Translations under genes and position numbers: made by a program
Notes under the pieces: generated by a model
Told to the model about the DNA's origin: nothing
Seen by the model: only the letters and a program-made list of their open reading frames with translations
Databases searched by the model: none
NCBI GenBank assembly: GCA_943355005.1
Contig: CALRDV010000001.1
Span: 242,059-306,058 of the forward strand
Length of the DNA: 64,000 nt
Direction: 5' to 3'
DNA from: Patescibacteria group bacterium
GTDB lineage: Bacteria; Patescibacteriota; Microgenomatia; UBA1400; MFAQ01
Shown here: piece by piece, positions 10,437-20,683 of the stretch
Layout: every line of letters starts with the position of its first letter
How positions within the stretch are numbered: the stretch's first letter is position 1

Positions 10437-10757
10437 CTAAAAAGTCAAAACTTTGTCGCTATCGGAAACTAAATTATAGAGATCTTCTAGTCCACCTGCC
10501 GGACATTCTTTGGCACTATTTTGCTTACGAATCATCATGCAGGTACCACAGGCAATAATTTTTCCGTTTGATTCAAGAAAATTTAGCACCTGCTTAGAGA
10601 CATTAAATTGATCAGAGCTATTCTTTTCGTATTCAACACCTTCACCAACTAAAAAGATTGAAACACTGTCACCTTTACTAAGTGACAGATTCGCTAATCT
10701 AAGCGCGTTCCAATTAGTTTCCGCAATGCTACTAGAAATAATTATTCCTAATTTCAT
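10437..10757 (-). CDS. DsrE/DsrF (YchN)-like small protein
   Basis: About 106 aa with a conserved Cys pair (IACGTC) near the C-terminus. It overlaps the upstream DUF305 gene by 4 nt. Confidence 0.45.
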   Translation of the reverse strand: MKLGIIISSSIAETNWNALRLANLSLSKGDSVSIFLVGEGVEYEKNSSDQFNVSKQVLNFLESNGKIIACGTCMMIRKQNSAKECPAGGLEDLYNLVSDSDKVLTF

Positions 10758-11383
10758 AATGATCCTTCCTCAAGCCAAGAACGCATTTGATCAATTTCCT
10801 TTTCCTGAGCTGTAATAATATTTTGACCAAGCGTCTTCATTTCCGAGCGATTTGTTCCAGAGAGAAGCATTTGTGCCATCATTACAGCCATTTGATGGTG
10901 AGGAATCATTTCTTGTAAGAAAGCTTCATCAAAGTTGGTAGAATTTTTTAATGATGTAATATCAGATGTACTACCTCCCATCATGCCGCCTTGCATCATA
11001 CCTCGTCCCATTCCCATGCCGACTGCAGAGTCTACTGGTACTTCTGCTTTATACCAGTCTTTGTACCAACCTTTCATCTGAGTAATTTCTTCAGATTGGC
11101 TTTTAATAATCGCGTTAGCAAGATTGAGTATATTAGTATTTTTGGAGCGTACCTGAGCGAGCTTTGCCATTTCAATAGCGCCTTCATGGTGTGGAATCAT
11201 CTGTTCAATAAAATGTTTATCTATAGCACTATTGATTGAAGAGGTGTTATTTCCTAGCCGGATACCCATCATTTGCATCATCCCGTAATTATTGTTATTC
11301 ACTACACTTGTTGTTAGCACAAAAGTTAATAGACTGCCTGCTAACAAACCTATGACTAGATAAAGAATTGATTGATTTTTCAT
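10754..11383 (-). CDS. DUF305 metal-resistance protein (two IPHH repeats), signal-anchored
   Basis: MIPHHEGAI and MIPHHQMAV repeats, an N-terminal TM segment and a Met/Gly-rich linker. Confidence 0.75.
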   Translation of the reverse strand: MKNQSILYLVIGLLAGSLLTFVLTTSVVNNNNYGMMQMMGIRLGNNTSSINSAIDKHFIEQMIPHHEGAIEMAKLAQVRSKNTNILNLANAIIKSQSEEITQMKGWYKDWYKAEVPVDSAVGMGMGRGMMQGGMMGGSTSDITSLKNSTNFDEAFLQEMIPHHQMAVMMAQMLLSGTNRSEMKTLGQNIITAQEKEIDQMRSWLEEGSL

Positions 11384-11427
11384 ATATTCATCATATCAGT
11401 TTTGGCTTAACAAGCATAACAATAATT

Positions 11428-11937
11428 CTATTTTTGCAAGGGTTTACTCTCCAAATATTTTTTAAGATTCTGTCCCTCCTCTTGAATATGTTTCCTCATT
11501 GCTTCGGTTTTTACAAATAGTTGAAAGATTTTATCCAATAAAGCAAAGTGGTTTCCGTATTCTACGCGGGCAGTGAGTTTGGATAACTTATCTGATATAC
11601 GCTCTATGGCAAAAGATCCCATTCCCAAGTTAAATATTGAAAGAGGAAATATTGGTTTATATTCAATAAATTCATTCTTCTTTAATTTTGAGACCGTAAG
11701 GATTAAGTAAAGCGGAAAACCACCGATTATTTCCAAAAAATGAAAAATACAACCTCGTTCATTTAAATCTTTATATAGAGTTTTACAAAAAATATGGTCT
11801 TTGGGATGCCAGACTTTATAAAGAGAATCTATTCTAGAAAGAAAATTGAATATATTCTCAGGATTTGCTTCAATAATTGTTTCTTCTTTAATGGAGATCA
11901 TATTACCAAAACCTCCAACCTTTAAGGATCCTCTCAT
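11428..11937 (-). CDS. Hypothetical protein, SRPBCC-like
   Basis: ORF only; weak fold-level resemblance. Confidence 0.3.
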   Translation of the reverse strand: MRGSLKVGGFGNMISIKEETIIEANPENIFNFLSRIDSLYKVWHPKDHIFCKTLYKDLNERGCIFHFLEIIGGFPLYLILTVSKLKKNEFIEYKPIFPLSIFNLGMGSFAIERISDKLSKLTARVEYGNHFALLDKIFQLFVKTEAMRKHIQEEGQNLKKYLESKPLQK

Positions 11938-12835
11938 AGACGCGGTATGGTTTTGGACCCACTAACCCCTTGCCATTAATAAAGACGAGTGGAGTACCGT
12001 AGACGCTAGTTTTTTCGAGTTGAATACGTCTATCGACAACTGCTGAATTCGTTTCTGGGGAGGTACTACAGGAGTTGATTGCCTCAACATCATATCCAAT
12101 GTCCTTGAGGATGGTATCAACGAATTCTTTTTTCGCAATATCGCTTTTCTCACTAGCAAAAAGCTTGTCATTCAATTGCCAGAATTTATCTGGATCTTGT
12201 TTGTAGGCACAGTAACCAATGGGGAGAAGATAGAGTGTTTCCTCTTTAACTGGGTAGTGAGCAAAGGTGTAATTGACTTTGTTTTCACTGATGAGTTGTT
12301 TTACGAGCGGATAGGCTTTTCTTGTATAATCACAGCTATAGCAACCGATTAAAACTACTTCATCTTTTGAATCAGTTTTTTGAGACGGGAAAAGACTAAG
12401 GTCAACACCTTTAAGGGTAACCTTGCTTTCATCTCCCTCACCTGTCCCACAACTGCCACCAGTTTGAGAGACTTTGTTGTTTTCACCCTTAGGGTCAAGC
12501 GCACAAAAGCCTGATTTATTGAGGCCGTTGCAACTACCATACATGTAGAAGTTAAAGAGGCCTTTACCAGTCCAAAAAATACTGGCCACTGTGGTGATAA
12601 AAAGTAGCCATGCTAACAGTTCAAAATGTTTATTGAGAAATCTAGCTGCAGCAACTGACTTGGTGAGAAGTTTACCTACGAGCTTGGCTTGCATCTTCTC
12701 TTTAAATCCTGTGTTGCAAGGACGAAAGGTGATGCGACGAAAAACACATTCATAGGCTTCCTTGGCTAATTCTCTGTAGGAAACGTTAAAGATGCCGATA
12801 ATTGAGAGAACAATAAAAGCGATAATGCAAAACAT
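11903..12835 (-). CDS. Membrane-anchored DsbA-like thioredoxin-fold oxidoreductase (CYSC active site)
   Basis: An N-terminal TM region with Cys pairs and a C-terminal thioredoxin-like region carrying a CxxC motif. Confidence 0.5.
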   Translation of the reverse strand: MFCIIAFIVLSIIGIFNVSYRELAKEAYECVFRRITFRPCNTGFKEKMQAKLVGKLLTKSVAAARFLNKHFELLAWLLFITTVASIFWTGKGLFNFYMYGSCNGLNKSGFCALDPKGENNKVSQTGGSCGTGEGDESKVTLKGVDLSLFPSQKTDSKDEVVLIGCYSCDYTRKAYPLVKQLISENKVNYTFAHYPVKEETLYLLPIGYCAYKQDPDKFWQLNDKLFASEKSDIAKKEFVDTILKDIGYDVEAINSCSTSPETNSAVVDRRIQLEKTSVYGTPLVFINGKGLVGPKPYRVYERILKGWRFW

Positions 12836-12839
12836 ATAT

Positions 12840-14042
12840 TTATAATATACTCACTACTTTTTTTAACTCACGAATAAAAACCTCTGCTTCGTTCATAGTA
12901 TTGTAAAAATAAACCGAAGCCCGTACTGACCCAGGGATTTGATGGGCGTAAAACCAGGAATGGACACAATGTTGGCCAGAGCGAATCATAATTTTTGATG
13001 TTTCGTCAAGCATAAGTGCAATCTGGTGATGGTCTTTTCCGGGAATATAAAAAGAACAGATTCCACCACGCTCTTTTGGATCGGATGGCCCAATGATTTT
13101 TAGTCCAGAGATGGTTTTTAGTTCTGTGGTTATATACTTGTTTAACATTTGTTCTTGTTGTTCTATAAATTCGAATCCAATTGTATTCAGATAATTGACA
13201 GCGGCACCAAGACCAATGATGCCGGCATAGTCTTGCAATCCTGCCTCAAATTTTTCAGGGGGTGGTAAAAACTCATGAGTTTCGTAGGTTGAAGAGGCTA
13301 CCGTGTCTCCTCCAACCATGAACGGATCTAGTTTCGTAAGGAGTGAATATTTCCCGTACAAAACTCCAGTGCCAGATGGGCCAAGCATTTTGTGTCCCGA
13401 GAAAGCGAGAAAATCTACATCAAGGTCTTGTACATCGATTTTTCGGTGAGGGACAGCTTGAGCGCCATCAAGGAGCACTAACGCGCCTGCTTTATGTGCT
13501 AACGTTATAATCTCATTGGCAGGGATCGTTACTCCATCTAGGTTCGAAGTAAATCCCAGCGACACCAATTTCACCCGGTTGTTTAGTGCCTGTTTATATG
13601 CCTCAAGATCAAAAGTGTTGTCTTCTTTGGAATAGATGATTTTGTACTCAATGCCAATTTTATCTCGCAAGACTTGCCAGGGGATAAGATTGGAATTATG
13701 TTCTTTGTCAGAGATAATCACAATATCTCCCGCTTTAAGTCCAAGCGAGTGTGCGACTAAATTGATCCCCTCGGTGGTATTTCTGGTAAACACGATCTCT
13801 TCTTTTCGCTTAGCGTGCAAAAATGTAGAAATAATCGAGCGCGCCTCTTCACATTTGTGAGTTACTTTAGCAGCCAGGTGATGCATGCTACGCCCTCCAC
13901 ATGCAGGGTAGTCTTGGTAATACTCATTTATAGCCTCAATCACCTGCTTAGGTCGCAAAGTTTGACAGGCATTGTCAAAATACACGACTTTGCAGTCGCG
14001 GAGTAATGGAAAATCCTGTCTGTGAGTATTCATATTTTTCAT
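12840..14042 (-). CDS. sufS: Cysteine desulfurase (SufS/CsdA, class V aminotransferase)
   Basis: The PLP-lysine motif SGHKMLGPSGTG and the C-terminal RSGQHC active-site Cys loop. Confidence 0.85.
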   Translation of the reverse strand: MKNMNTHRQDFPLLRDCKVVYFDNACQTLRPKQVIEAINEYYQDYPACGGRSMHHLAAKVTHKCEEARSIISTFLHAKRKEEIVFTRNTTEGINLVAHSLGLKAGDIVIISDKEHNSNLIPWQVLRDKIGIEYKIIYSKEDNTFDLEAYKQALNNRVKLVSLGFTSNLDGVTIPANEIITLAHKAGALVLLDGAQAVPHRKIDVQDLDVDFLAFSGHKMLGPSGTGVLYGKYSLLTKLDPFMVGGDTVASSTYETHEFLPPPEKFEAGLQDYAGIIGLGAAVNYLNTIGFEFIEQQEQMLNKYITTELKTISGLKIIGPSDPKERGGICSFYIPGKDHHQIALMLDETSKIMIRSGQHCVHSWFYAHQIPGSVRASVYFYNTMNEAEVFIRELKKVVSIL

Positions 14043-15943
14043 ATATTCTTAGTTTGATCAAAAGAAAATAACCGTAATCCGTTAGCAACAACTAATACGG
14101 TTACCCCCACGTCAGCAAAAATAGCTAAAGCCAGGCTACTTTTACCTAAGAGAGCTAGAGCAAGAAAAATGAACTTAACACCAATAGCTGCAGCAACATT
14201 TACTTTAATAGTTTGATTAGCGTTACGTCCTAACTTTATCAAGAAAGGAATAAGAGTCAGATTGTTATTCATGAGAGCAATATCGGCGTTTTCTACAGCG
14301 ACCTCAGACCCGATGGCTCCCATAGCTATGCCAACTGAAGCAGTTGAGAGTGAGGGAGCATCGTTAACACCATCACCGACCATCGCAACGTTTTTGTATT
14401 TTTTAACCAAGTTTTTGAGCTGAATTACTTTTTCGTCAGGCAAGAGTCTGGCATGAACCTCATCAATGCCAACTTCTTTGGCAACATAGCCAGCAGCCGA
14501 AGGATTGTCACCGGTTAGGATGACCGCTTTCACTCCATTTCTATGTAATTGTTTTATTGTTTGAGCACTCTCTGGTCTGATTTCATCAACAATTCCCAAA
14601 ACGCCTTCAATCTTGTTATCGTCGGTGACAACAATAGCAGTTTTCCCTTCCTTTTCAAATTGCTCGACAATTTTAATTACACGCTCGTCAACTTTGTGTT
14701 CTTCCATGACAAACTGAAGAGTGCCGATACAGTGATGCTTATCGACACAAACGAGACACTCACCACTAATACCTTTCCCCATAATCGCTTTGAAATTTGC
14801 ATACTCATGGTCTTTTTCTGGAAACAGTTTTGAATTCTCGATGATACTTTTGGCGATAGGGTGTTCGGAAAATGCCTCTGCGCCCGCCACGCAAGCCAGT
14901 AGTTCGCCCTTAGTGTAACCGTTAAGTGGTATGACATCAGACACCATCGGCTCTCCTTTGGTGAGCGTACGGGTTTTGTCGAAAGCAACTGCTCTGATTC
15001 GACCCATTTCTTCCAAAAATTGGCCACCCTTAATTAAAACGCCTCTCTTGGTAGCATTTCCAATGGCAGAAAAAATCGTAATGGGGGTGGAGATAACTAA
15101 GGCACAAGGACAAGCAATTAAGAGAAGGGTTAGACTTTGAGGAAACCAAGCATTGAAAGGCTGCCCAAGGATAACAACAGGTATGGCAGTAAGAAAAATG
15201 GATGCAATAAATACAACCGGGGTGTAATAAGACGCGAATTTTTCAATGAATCTAGCGGCTTGAGATTTGTGTTCCGCTGCTTGGAAAGTCAAATCTATAA
15301 TCTTGGCAAGCGTTGTGTCTTTGGAAGTCTTTGTTATTTTAATCTCCAGGTATCCCTGGCTGTTTAGTGTACCGGCATAAACCAACTCACCTTCATATTT
15401 ATTTTTTGGAAGTGGTTCGCCGGTAATAGTACTCTCATCAACCAACGACTCGCCTTTGACGACTACACCGTCAAGGGGGATATAGTCACCCGGTTTTACC
15501 ACCACAATGTCATCAATCGCAATATTTTCGATTGGAGTTTTGATTTCCTGTCCCTTAATGAGTGCCGTTTTTGGAGTTTTATCAACCAATTCCTCAAGAG
15601 CGTTTTGACTGCGGGTAATGCCAAATTCTTCCAGCGCTTCGCTAACGGCAAACAAAACTATGATAATTACCGCTTCTTCAAGCTCACCTAAGTAGATAGC
15701 TCCGAAGGTAGCTACTGTCATCAGTAAGTTGATATTAGAAAACTTAAGCCGGATTAAGCCCTGCAAACCACCAAATATGACGTCTTTCCCGAAGAAATAG
15801 ATAATGCTTCCAAAAAGGGGGTACTCTATAAACCATGGCAGGTGGTAGGAAAAAAGCGACAACAACTCCAGGGGAACTATTAAACCAAGCGCTGCAAATA
15901 GACGCTTGAATTTTGTTTCTTTAAATAATTCCGATATAAGCAT
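14039..15943 (-). CDS. P1B-type heavy-metal ATPase with no N-terminal metal-binding domain, a CPC motif, and an atypical DKTRT phosphorylation motif
   Basis: CPCALVISTP, DKTRTLT (G to R confirmed at DNA level) and VGDGVNDAPSL. Confidence 0.85.
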   Translation of the reverse strand: MLISELFKETKFKRLFAALGLIVPLELLSLFSYHLPWFIEYPLFGSIIYFFGKDVIFGGLQGLIRLKFSNINLLMTVATFGAIYLGELEEAVIIIVLFAVSEALEEFGITRSQNALEELVDKTPKTALIKGQEIKTPIENIAIDDIVVVKPGDYIPLDGVVVKGESLVDESTITGEPLPKNKYEGELVYAGTLNSQGYLEIKITKTSKDTTLAKIIDLTFQAAEHKSQAARFIEKFASYYTPVVFIASIFLTAIPVVILGQPFNAWFPQSLTLLLIACPCALVISTPITIFSAIGNATKRGVLIKGGQFLEEMGRIRAVAFDKTRTLTKGEPMVSDVIPLNGYTKGELLACVAGAEAFSEHPIAKSIIENSKLFPEKDHEYANFKAIMGKGISGECLVCVDKHHCIGTLQFVMEEHKVDERVIKIVEQFEKEGKTAIVVTDDNKIEGVLGIVDEIRPESAQTIKQLHRNGVKAVILTGDNPSAAGYVAKEVGIDEVHARLLPDEKVIQLKNLVKKYKNVAMVGDGVNDAPSLSTASVGIAMGAIGSEVAVENADIALMNNNLTLIPFLIKLGRNANQTIKVNVAAAIGVKFIFLALALLGKSSLALAIFADVGVTVLVVANGLRLFSFDQTKNI

Positions 15944-16034
15944 AATTCGATTGTAGTCCTATGACGAGAAATCATATAGCTTTATAAACTTAAATCTCCA
16001 ATATACAGATCCTTTAATTTCTCGAGCGCCTGGG

Positions 16035-16700
16035 TTAGTAATTAACGAAATACTTGATTTTTGCGTTCGTTTTCAAATCTGTAACCCATTTTTGAGCTTC
16101 GGTCTGAAACTTTTGCTGTTTGAGTTGATCGCTTAATTGCTTTCTATAATCCTCTATTTTTACATCCTTTGGGGGGCTTGTCTTATTTTCTTTAATATAT
16201 GCATCAATCTCTGCATCAGAGACAGTCACTTTATCAGCTAACAATTTCTCCAATTTTTTCTGAACGGTAATTTGTTCTCGGAGCTTTTCTTCAGTCATGT
16301 TTTGTTGAGCAAGCGCGTCTTTAAGTGTACCGCCTTGACTTGTTACTTGTGCTTCAATCTGTTTTATTTGCTCGTCTACTTCTTCTTTTGTCAAGGTAAT
16401 ATTTTGTTTCGCAAGTTCAGTATCGATGAGTTTCTGAGTAATAATGCCTTCCAAAGTCTGCTTGCCACCTTGTTTTTCAAGATCTGTGATAACGGACAAA
16501 CGGCTGATAGGGCTGCCGTTTACAATTGCTGCAACGAAAAATCCTTTGGCAAAAAATAGTCCGGTAAGGACTATGATGAGAAGTATTGCAACCATGCCGA
16601 CAATCACCAATCGTTTTGGTTTTCTCACAGTTAGAGTTAAATCGTTTGGTTCACTTACTATTCGTGGTGTCTGAATATCTGATTTTTGTATTTTTTTCAT
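16035..16700 (-). CDS. SurA N-terminal-domain-like membrane-anchored chaperone-like protein
   Basis: A TM anchor and a charged helical domain similar to the SurA_N/PpiD N-region. Confidence 0.4.
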   Translation of the reverse strand: MKKIQKSDIQTPRIVSEPNDLTLTVRKPKRLVIVGMVAILLIIVLTGLFFAKGFFVAAIVNGSPISRLSVITDLEKQGGKQTLEGIITQKLIDTELAKQNITLTKEEVDEQIKQIEAQVTSQGGTLKDALAQQNMTEEKLREQITVQKKLEKLLADKVTVSDAEIDAYIKENKTSPPKDVKIEDYRKQLSDQLKQQKFQTEAQKWVTDLKTNAKIKYFVNY

Positions 16701-16726
16701 AGGTAATATTTATACTATTTATATTT

Positions 16727-17854
16727 TTATATGCAGTCTGTTCCCAATCCTCCCACACAATTCTCAGTTGGTGGTTTACCACGCTCTGGGCATTTTTCTG
16801 AATAAATACAGGCCCTGTCGGTCACTGCCGAAAGAGTAGTGGGTGAAAGTTTAAAATTGCCGTCACTAAAGCTCAAGGTTATCCTATCTAAGTCTTTAAA
16901 CTCATATTGCCTAAAGTCTGTCGTTTGTTTATTTGCGCCCAAATACCACTCCACATTCGTCGGTAATTCTATCTTCCACGAATCTACGAGTGTCCCAAGT
17001 GTTACACCAGTCTTATGTTTATGAATTACTTCCTCGGTATCTGCATGTGAATGAATATCGGGATCTTTTTCAAAGAACTCAGGTTTAGATTGCAATAGTG
17101 TTTTCTTGCCGTTTATATACAATGCTAAATCGGCATGCTCATGCACTTTATCTCCAACTCCCTCTGCTGCAGGTTTAGGTGCTTTCAGAATCGCGGCCTG
17201 AATGAAAGTTTTAAAGTCCTCGATAGTTTTGGGATTAGGGATTTTTTCGCCATTTAAGAAAAAGGTTGGAGTGCCGTTAACGCCTAATTGTGTACCGGAT
17301 GTTTTATCTCGATTGACTCGTTCACTAACCTCTTTTGATTTTATGTCTTTCTTGTATTGATCCATATTGAGACTAATCTTTTTAGCGTACTCCTCGAAAA
17401 TAGCCGGATCAGGCTGTTGTTTCTCACCCCAAGACTGCTGGTTTTCATAGAGAATATCGTGCATTTCCCAGTATTTTCCTTGCCTACCCGCCGCTTCTAC
17501 AGCAAGGGCAGCAGGTAAACCATTTTTATGTCCTGGGAGAGGAAAATAACGGTTAACAAATCGAACTTCTGTTTTAAATTCATCTGCCAATTGTTTAACT
17601 AGAGGATAATATGCTCGACATGCTTCACATTCAAAATCAAGATATTCAACAAGGGTAACAGTGGCATCTTTATTGCCTTTGATGTAATCATCAGCGACTA
17701 CTTCAAGAAGTTTTTGCTTTTCTTCCGAAACAGGAGTTGTCCCATTGGGATTTGCGGCAGTAGAAGAATCGAATTTACTAAAATAGACAACAGCTACAGC
17801 TATGATTAAAATCGTGATCCCTATGATACTGAGTACAAATTTATCTTTTAACAT
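16727..17854 (-). CDS. DsbA-like thiol:disulfide oxidoreductase (CEAC) with a C-terminal extension
   Basis: A TM anchor and a thioredoxin fold with a CxxC motif (FECEACRAYYP). Confidence 0.6.
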   Translation of the reverse strand: MLKDKFVLSIIGITILIIAVAVVYFSKFDSSTAANPNGTTPVSEEKQKLLEVVADDYIKGNKDATVTLVEYLDFECEACRAYYPLVKQLADEFKTEVRFVNRYFPLPGHKNGLPAALAVEAAGRQGKYWEMHDILYENQQSWGEKQQPDPAIFEEYAKKISLNMDQYKKDIKSKEVSERVNRDKTSGTQLGVNGTPTFFLNGEKIPNPKTIEDFKTFIQAAILKAPKPAAEGVGDKVHEHADLALYINGKKTLLQSKPEFFEKDPDIHSHADTEEVIHKHKTGVTLGTLVDSWKIELPTNVEWYLGANKQTTDFRQYEFKDLDRITLSFSDGNFKLSPTTLSAVTDRACIYSEKCPERGKPPTENCVGGLGTDCI

Positions 17855-17918
17855 ATGACTATATGTAATAGCATTATATTATTACATTCTCCTAGTATAA
17901 ATAATTTTTCTATATTCA

Positions 17919-18323
17919 TTAACGTACATTAACAGTAAAGTCCTTCTTTTCGCTACTTCCATCGGTCATTTTAACCGTAATACTAACTTTCCATGGACCC
18001 AGCATAGTCATCTTTGCAGAAATCGAGTATCGCCCATTACCCTGAGAAGTCGCGTTGCCATTTTGTTCACCCATATCCATAGTTGTCATATTGATGTTGT
18101 ATGAAACCTTCGCGTCATTAACCACTTTTCCATTTTTATCCTTTAAATCAATCAAAAATGTAGCCGGACCAGGTTTTAGGGGGTTGGGATTTGTGGAGAG
18201 TGAAATTAATCCACTGCCATTTGTACTCGTGCCAAGCACTGAGGATGAATTGACCTTTAAACTTAAATATCCAATTGCGCCAAACATAAGTATCAAAAGT
18301 ATTAATAGTATTTTAGTGTTCAT
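17919..18323 (-). CDS. Small secreted beta-sandwich protein (YtkA/FixH-like)
   Basis: A signal peptide and about 110 aa of beta-rich domain. Confidence 0.35.
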   Translation of the reverse strand: MNTKILLILLILMFGAIGYLSLKVNSSSVLGTSTNGSGLISLSTNPNPLKPGPATFLIDLKDKNGKVVNDAKVSYNINMTTMDMGEQNGNATSQGNGRYSISAKMTMLGPWKVSITVKMTDGSSEKKDFTVNVR

Positions 18324-18337
18324 ATTATCTTCCTAAA

Positions 18338-18871
18338 TTATTCCACTTTGCAGAGAAATGGTTGATTAATTTTTTTCATCGTGTAAATAATAGCCATAAG
18401 TAATATTGCAATGCCAAGAAAACCGAACTCCTGACCTCTAAAAGGCAATATCCCCAGAACTGTAGAGGCAGAACTAAGTCCTATCAGAGAAGTTAGGACA
18501 ACTGAACCACAGGACGCACAACCAACTCCTAGTAAGCTCGTAGCTACACCAAGAAGAGATACTCCCATTTCTCGCTGAACCATGATAGTTTGACGTAAAT
18601 AGTAGATGAGCAAACTGGTTTGAATACCAGTAAGAGTGGCACTGATTATGGTGACCGTTCGGGATAGCGGAGAAAAGTTAGTTTGGATCGATCCCAACAA
18701 ACTAGTTACTAGGTTTGTTTTTTGCCAGACAGTCATGGTTTTGGAGGTCATGGTTTTAGTAATAAGATGAATATTTGGCAACCACGCGGCCAGTGCGATC
18801 ACAGTCAAGGTTACGATTGCTATAACTAGCAAATACTTAGGTTGCTGGATTATTCTAAGTAAAGTTGTCAT
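18338..18871 (-). CDS. Polytopic membrane protein with an intramembrane CASC (CxxC) motif
   Basis: Hydrophobicity profile and a single CxxC motif. Confidence 0.3.
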   Translation of the reverse strand: MTTLLRIIQQPKYLLVIAIVTLTVIALAAWLPNIHLITKTMTSKTMTVWQKTNLVTSLLGSIQTNFSPLSRTVTIISATLTGIQTSLLIYYLRQTIMVQREMGVSLLGVATSLLGVGCASCGSVVLTSLIGLSSASTVLGILPFRGQEFGFLGIAILLMAIIYTMKKINQPFLCKVE

Positions 18872-18874
18872 ATA

Positions 18875-19678
18875 TTACTGGAGAAGAGGATCAATGACAG
18901 CTTGGAAAGCAGCAAATGGTTGTGCTCCAATAAGTAAGTCGCCGTCAATCTTTCCATCACTGGTTGATTTACCGATTAAGAAAGTTGGTGTACCAGATGC
19001 TCCGGCTGCAGAACCATCAGCTATATCTTTCTTCACCTCATCTTCCATCGCTTTGTTGGATAGACAGCTAGTAAATGAGTTTGTATTTAATCCCAAATCA
19101 CTTGCAATAGTTTTGATTTTGGCGTCATCTAGTCCGTTTCCGTTAGATGTGGTTCGCTTAAAGATTTCGCCATGGAATTCAAAGTATTTTTTGTCTCCAC
19201 CTTGTTCTTTAGCACAATTTGCCGCCACCGCTTCCTTTGTGGCCATGGGATCATGAAAGGATAAGGGAAAGTCTCTAAACACTAGCTTGGCTTTACCAGT
19301 GTCGATATATTCCTTGATCAGTTTTGGATAGGTATCAGTAAAATGACGCTTACAGAAAGGACATTCATAATCTGAAAATTCAATAATGGTGATTGGAGCG
19401 TTTTTATCACCTAATATAGGATCATCATCGATACTAGCGACACCTTTAGTTGGTTGTTGTGGTTGCGCGGGAGCTGCTTTCGCCTGATCATTGGTGGGAG
19501 CTTGAGCTCCTGCGGTAACACCGCCCTCTTCTAACAATTTAACTTTAGTGGTAAGTGAACCAAGGAAGAAAGATCCAATAATTAGTAAAATTACGAGAAC
19601 TGGTGTGAGAATGGGATTGAATTTATTTTCTGTCATATTACTACAAAGTGTAGTAGATATTAAGACAGTCGTCAACAC
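18875..19678 (-). CDS. DsbA-family thioredoxin (CPFC)
   Basis: A TM anchor, YECPFCKRHF and a DsbA-like fold. Confidence 0.7.
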   Translation of the reverse strand: MLTTVLISTTLCSNMTENKFNPILTPVLVILLIIGSFFLGSLTTKVKLLEEGGVTAGAQAPTNDQAKAAPAQPQQPTKGVASIDDDPILGDKNAPITIIEFSDYECPFCKRHFTDTYPKLIKEYIDTGKAKLVFRDFPLSFHDPMATKEAVAANCAKEQGGDKKYFEFHGEIFKRTTSNGNGLDDAKIKTIASDLGLNTNSFTSCLSNKAMEDEVKKDIADGSAAGASGTPTFLIGKSTSDGKIDGDLLIGAQPFAAFQAVIDPLLQ

Positions 19679-19690
19679 TATCTAACTACA

Positions 19691-20683
19691 TCAATATTGG
19701 GAACTAAAATTTCTGAGAGATTGTTTCGACATGTGGCTTTGCATATCTAAGAGAGCCCTCTGACGGCACACTAGGGCGCAATTGTCGCTATTATCAGCAC
19801 ATAGCACAACTGCGTCACCACCTGATTCATGAAGCTCTATCGCTTTGACTGGAGTGACCATCAAGCCTACGAGAATTAGAAGCGAAATAATACTCAAGCT
19901 TAAATTTTTATAACCGATTTTATTGTAGGTAGTCTTCTGTGAATAAAGTGATTGAATCCTAGCTTCAAGGCTATCTTCAGAAATAATATCAGGGATAAAA
20001 GCAAAGTGTGGCATCGGTTCATATCTTAAAAGTTTTTTTAAGACCTCTCCGATCGACTTATTTTCACTCATTCCATATACCGCTTCAGAATCCGCATGGA
20101 TTTCCCTACCGGTACGATAAACTCTGACAAAATCTGAGATAACTGGGAAAAATGGAAATAATGATTCAATCATGCTGGCTATAAAAAGGGTTAATGAGTC
20201 TCTATGCTCCAAATGAGACTTTTCATGCCTAAGTATTACCTCAAGCTCATTCATACTCATGAGTTCAATCATCCCTGTTGATACATAAATCTTGGGGCTC
20301 GTGATGCCAAAGCAGAAAGCTTGAGGCTTATTTTGATTAATAACCGATACATGGTTAGTTAGCCCAACTTTATCCAAAAGATCCGCAAGACCTTCGTATT
20401 TATTTACCGCCTGCTTTTTAAGTCTTAGTTTAAGAGAATATATTGCGATGATAGTTTTGAGTATTTTAAACAGAGTAAATAATGCTCCAAAGAAGAGGAC
20501 TCCAACAATTATTTTTCCCAAATCACCAGGGAGATGTAGATTCAACGCATTAACCATTTCTTGACAATAATAGATACTGTGGTGAATCAGTATTTGAAAG
20601 TATTTAAATACGACAAAAAAATAACTTATCATCAAAAACGATAATAGACCGACAAAGCCTATCAAGTAATTATTTATTTTCAT
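19691..20683 (-). CDS. M56-family (BlaR1/MecR1-like) membrane metalloprotease. It lacks the penicillin-binding sensor domain and has a Cys-rich C-terminus.
   Basis: HEKSHLEHRD (HExxH), four TM segments and a C-terminal C-x6-C-x3-C motif. It overlaps the blaI-like gene. Confidence 0.7.
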   Translation of the reverse strand: MKINNYLIGFVGLLSFLMISYFFVVFKYFQILIHHSIYYCQEMVNALNLHLPGDLGKIIVGVLFFGALFTLFKILKTIIAIYSLKLRLKKQAVNKYEGLADLLDKVGLTNHVSVINQNKPQAFCFGITSPKIYVSTGMIELMSMNELEVILRHEKSHLEHRDSLTLFIASMIESLFPFFPVISDFVRVYRTGREIHADSEAVYGMSENKSIGEVLKKLLRYEPMPHFAFIPDIISEDSLEARIQSLYSQKTTYNKIGYKNLSLSIISLLILVGLMVTPVKAIELHESGGDAVVLCADNSDNCALVCRQRALLDMQSHMSKQSLRNFSSQY

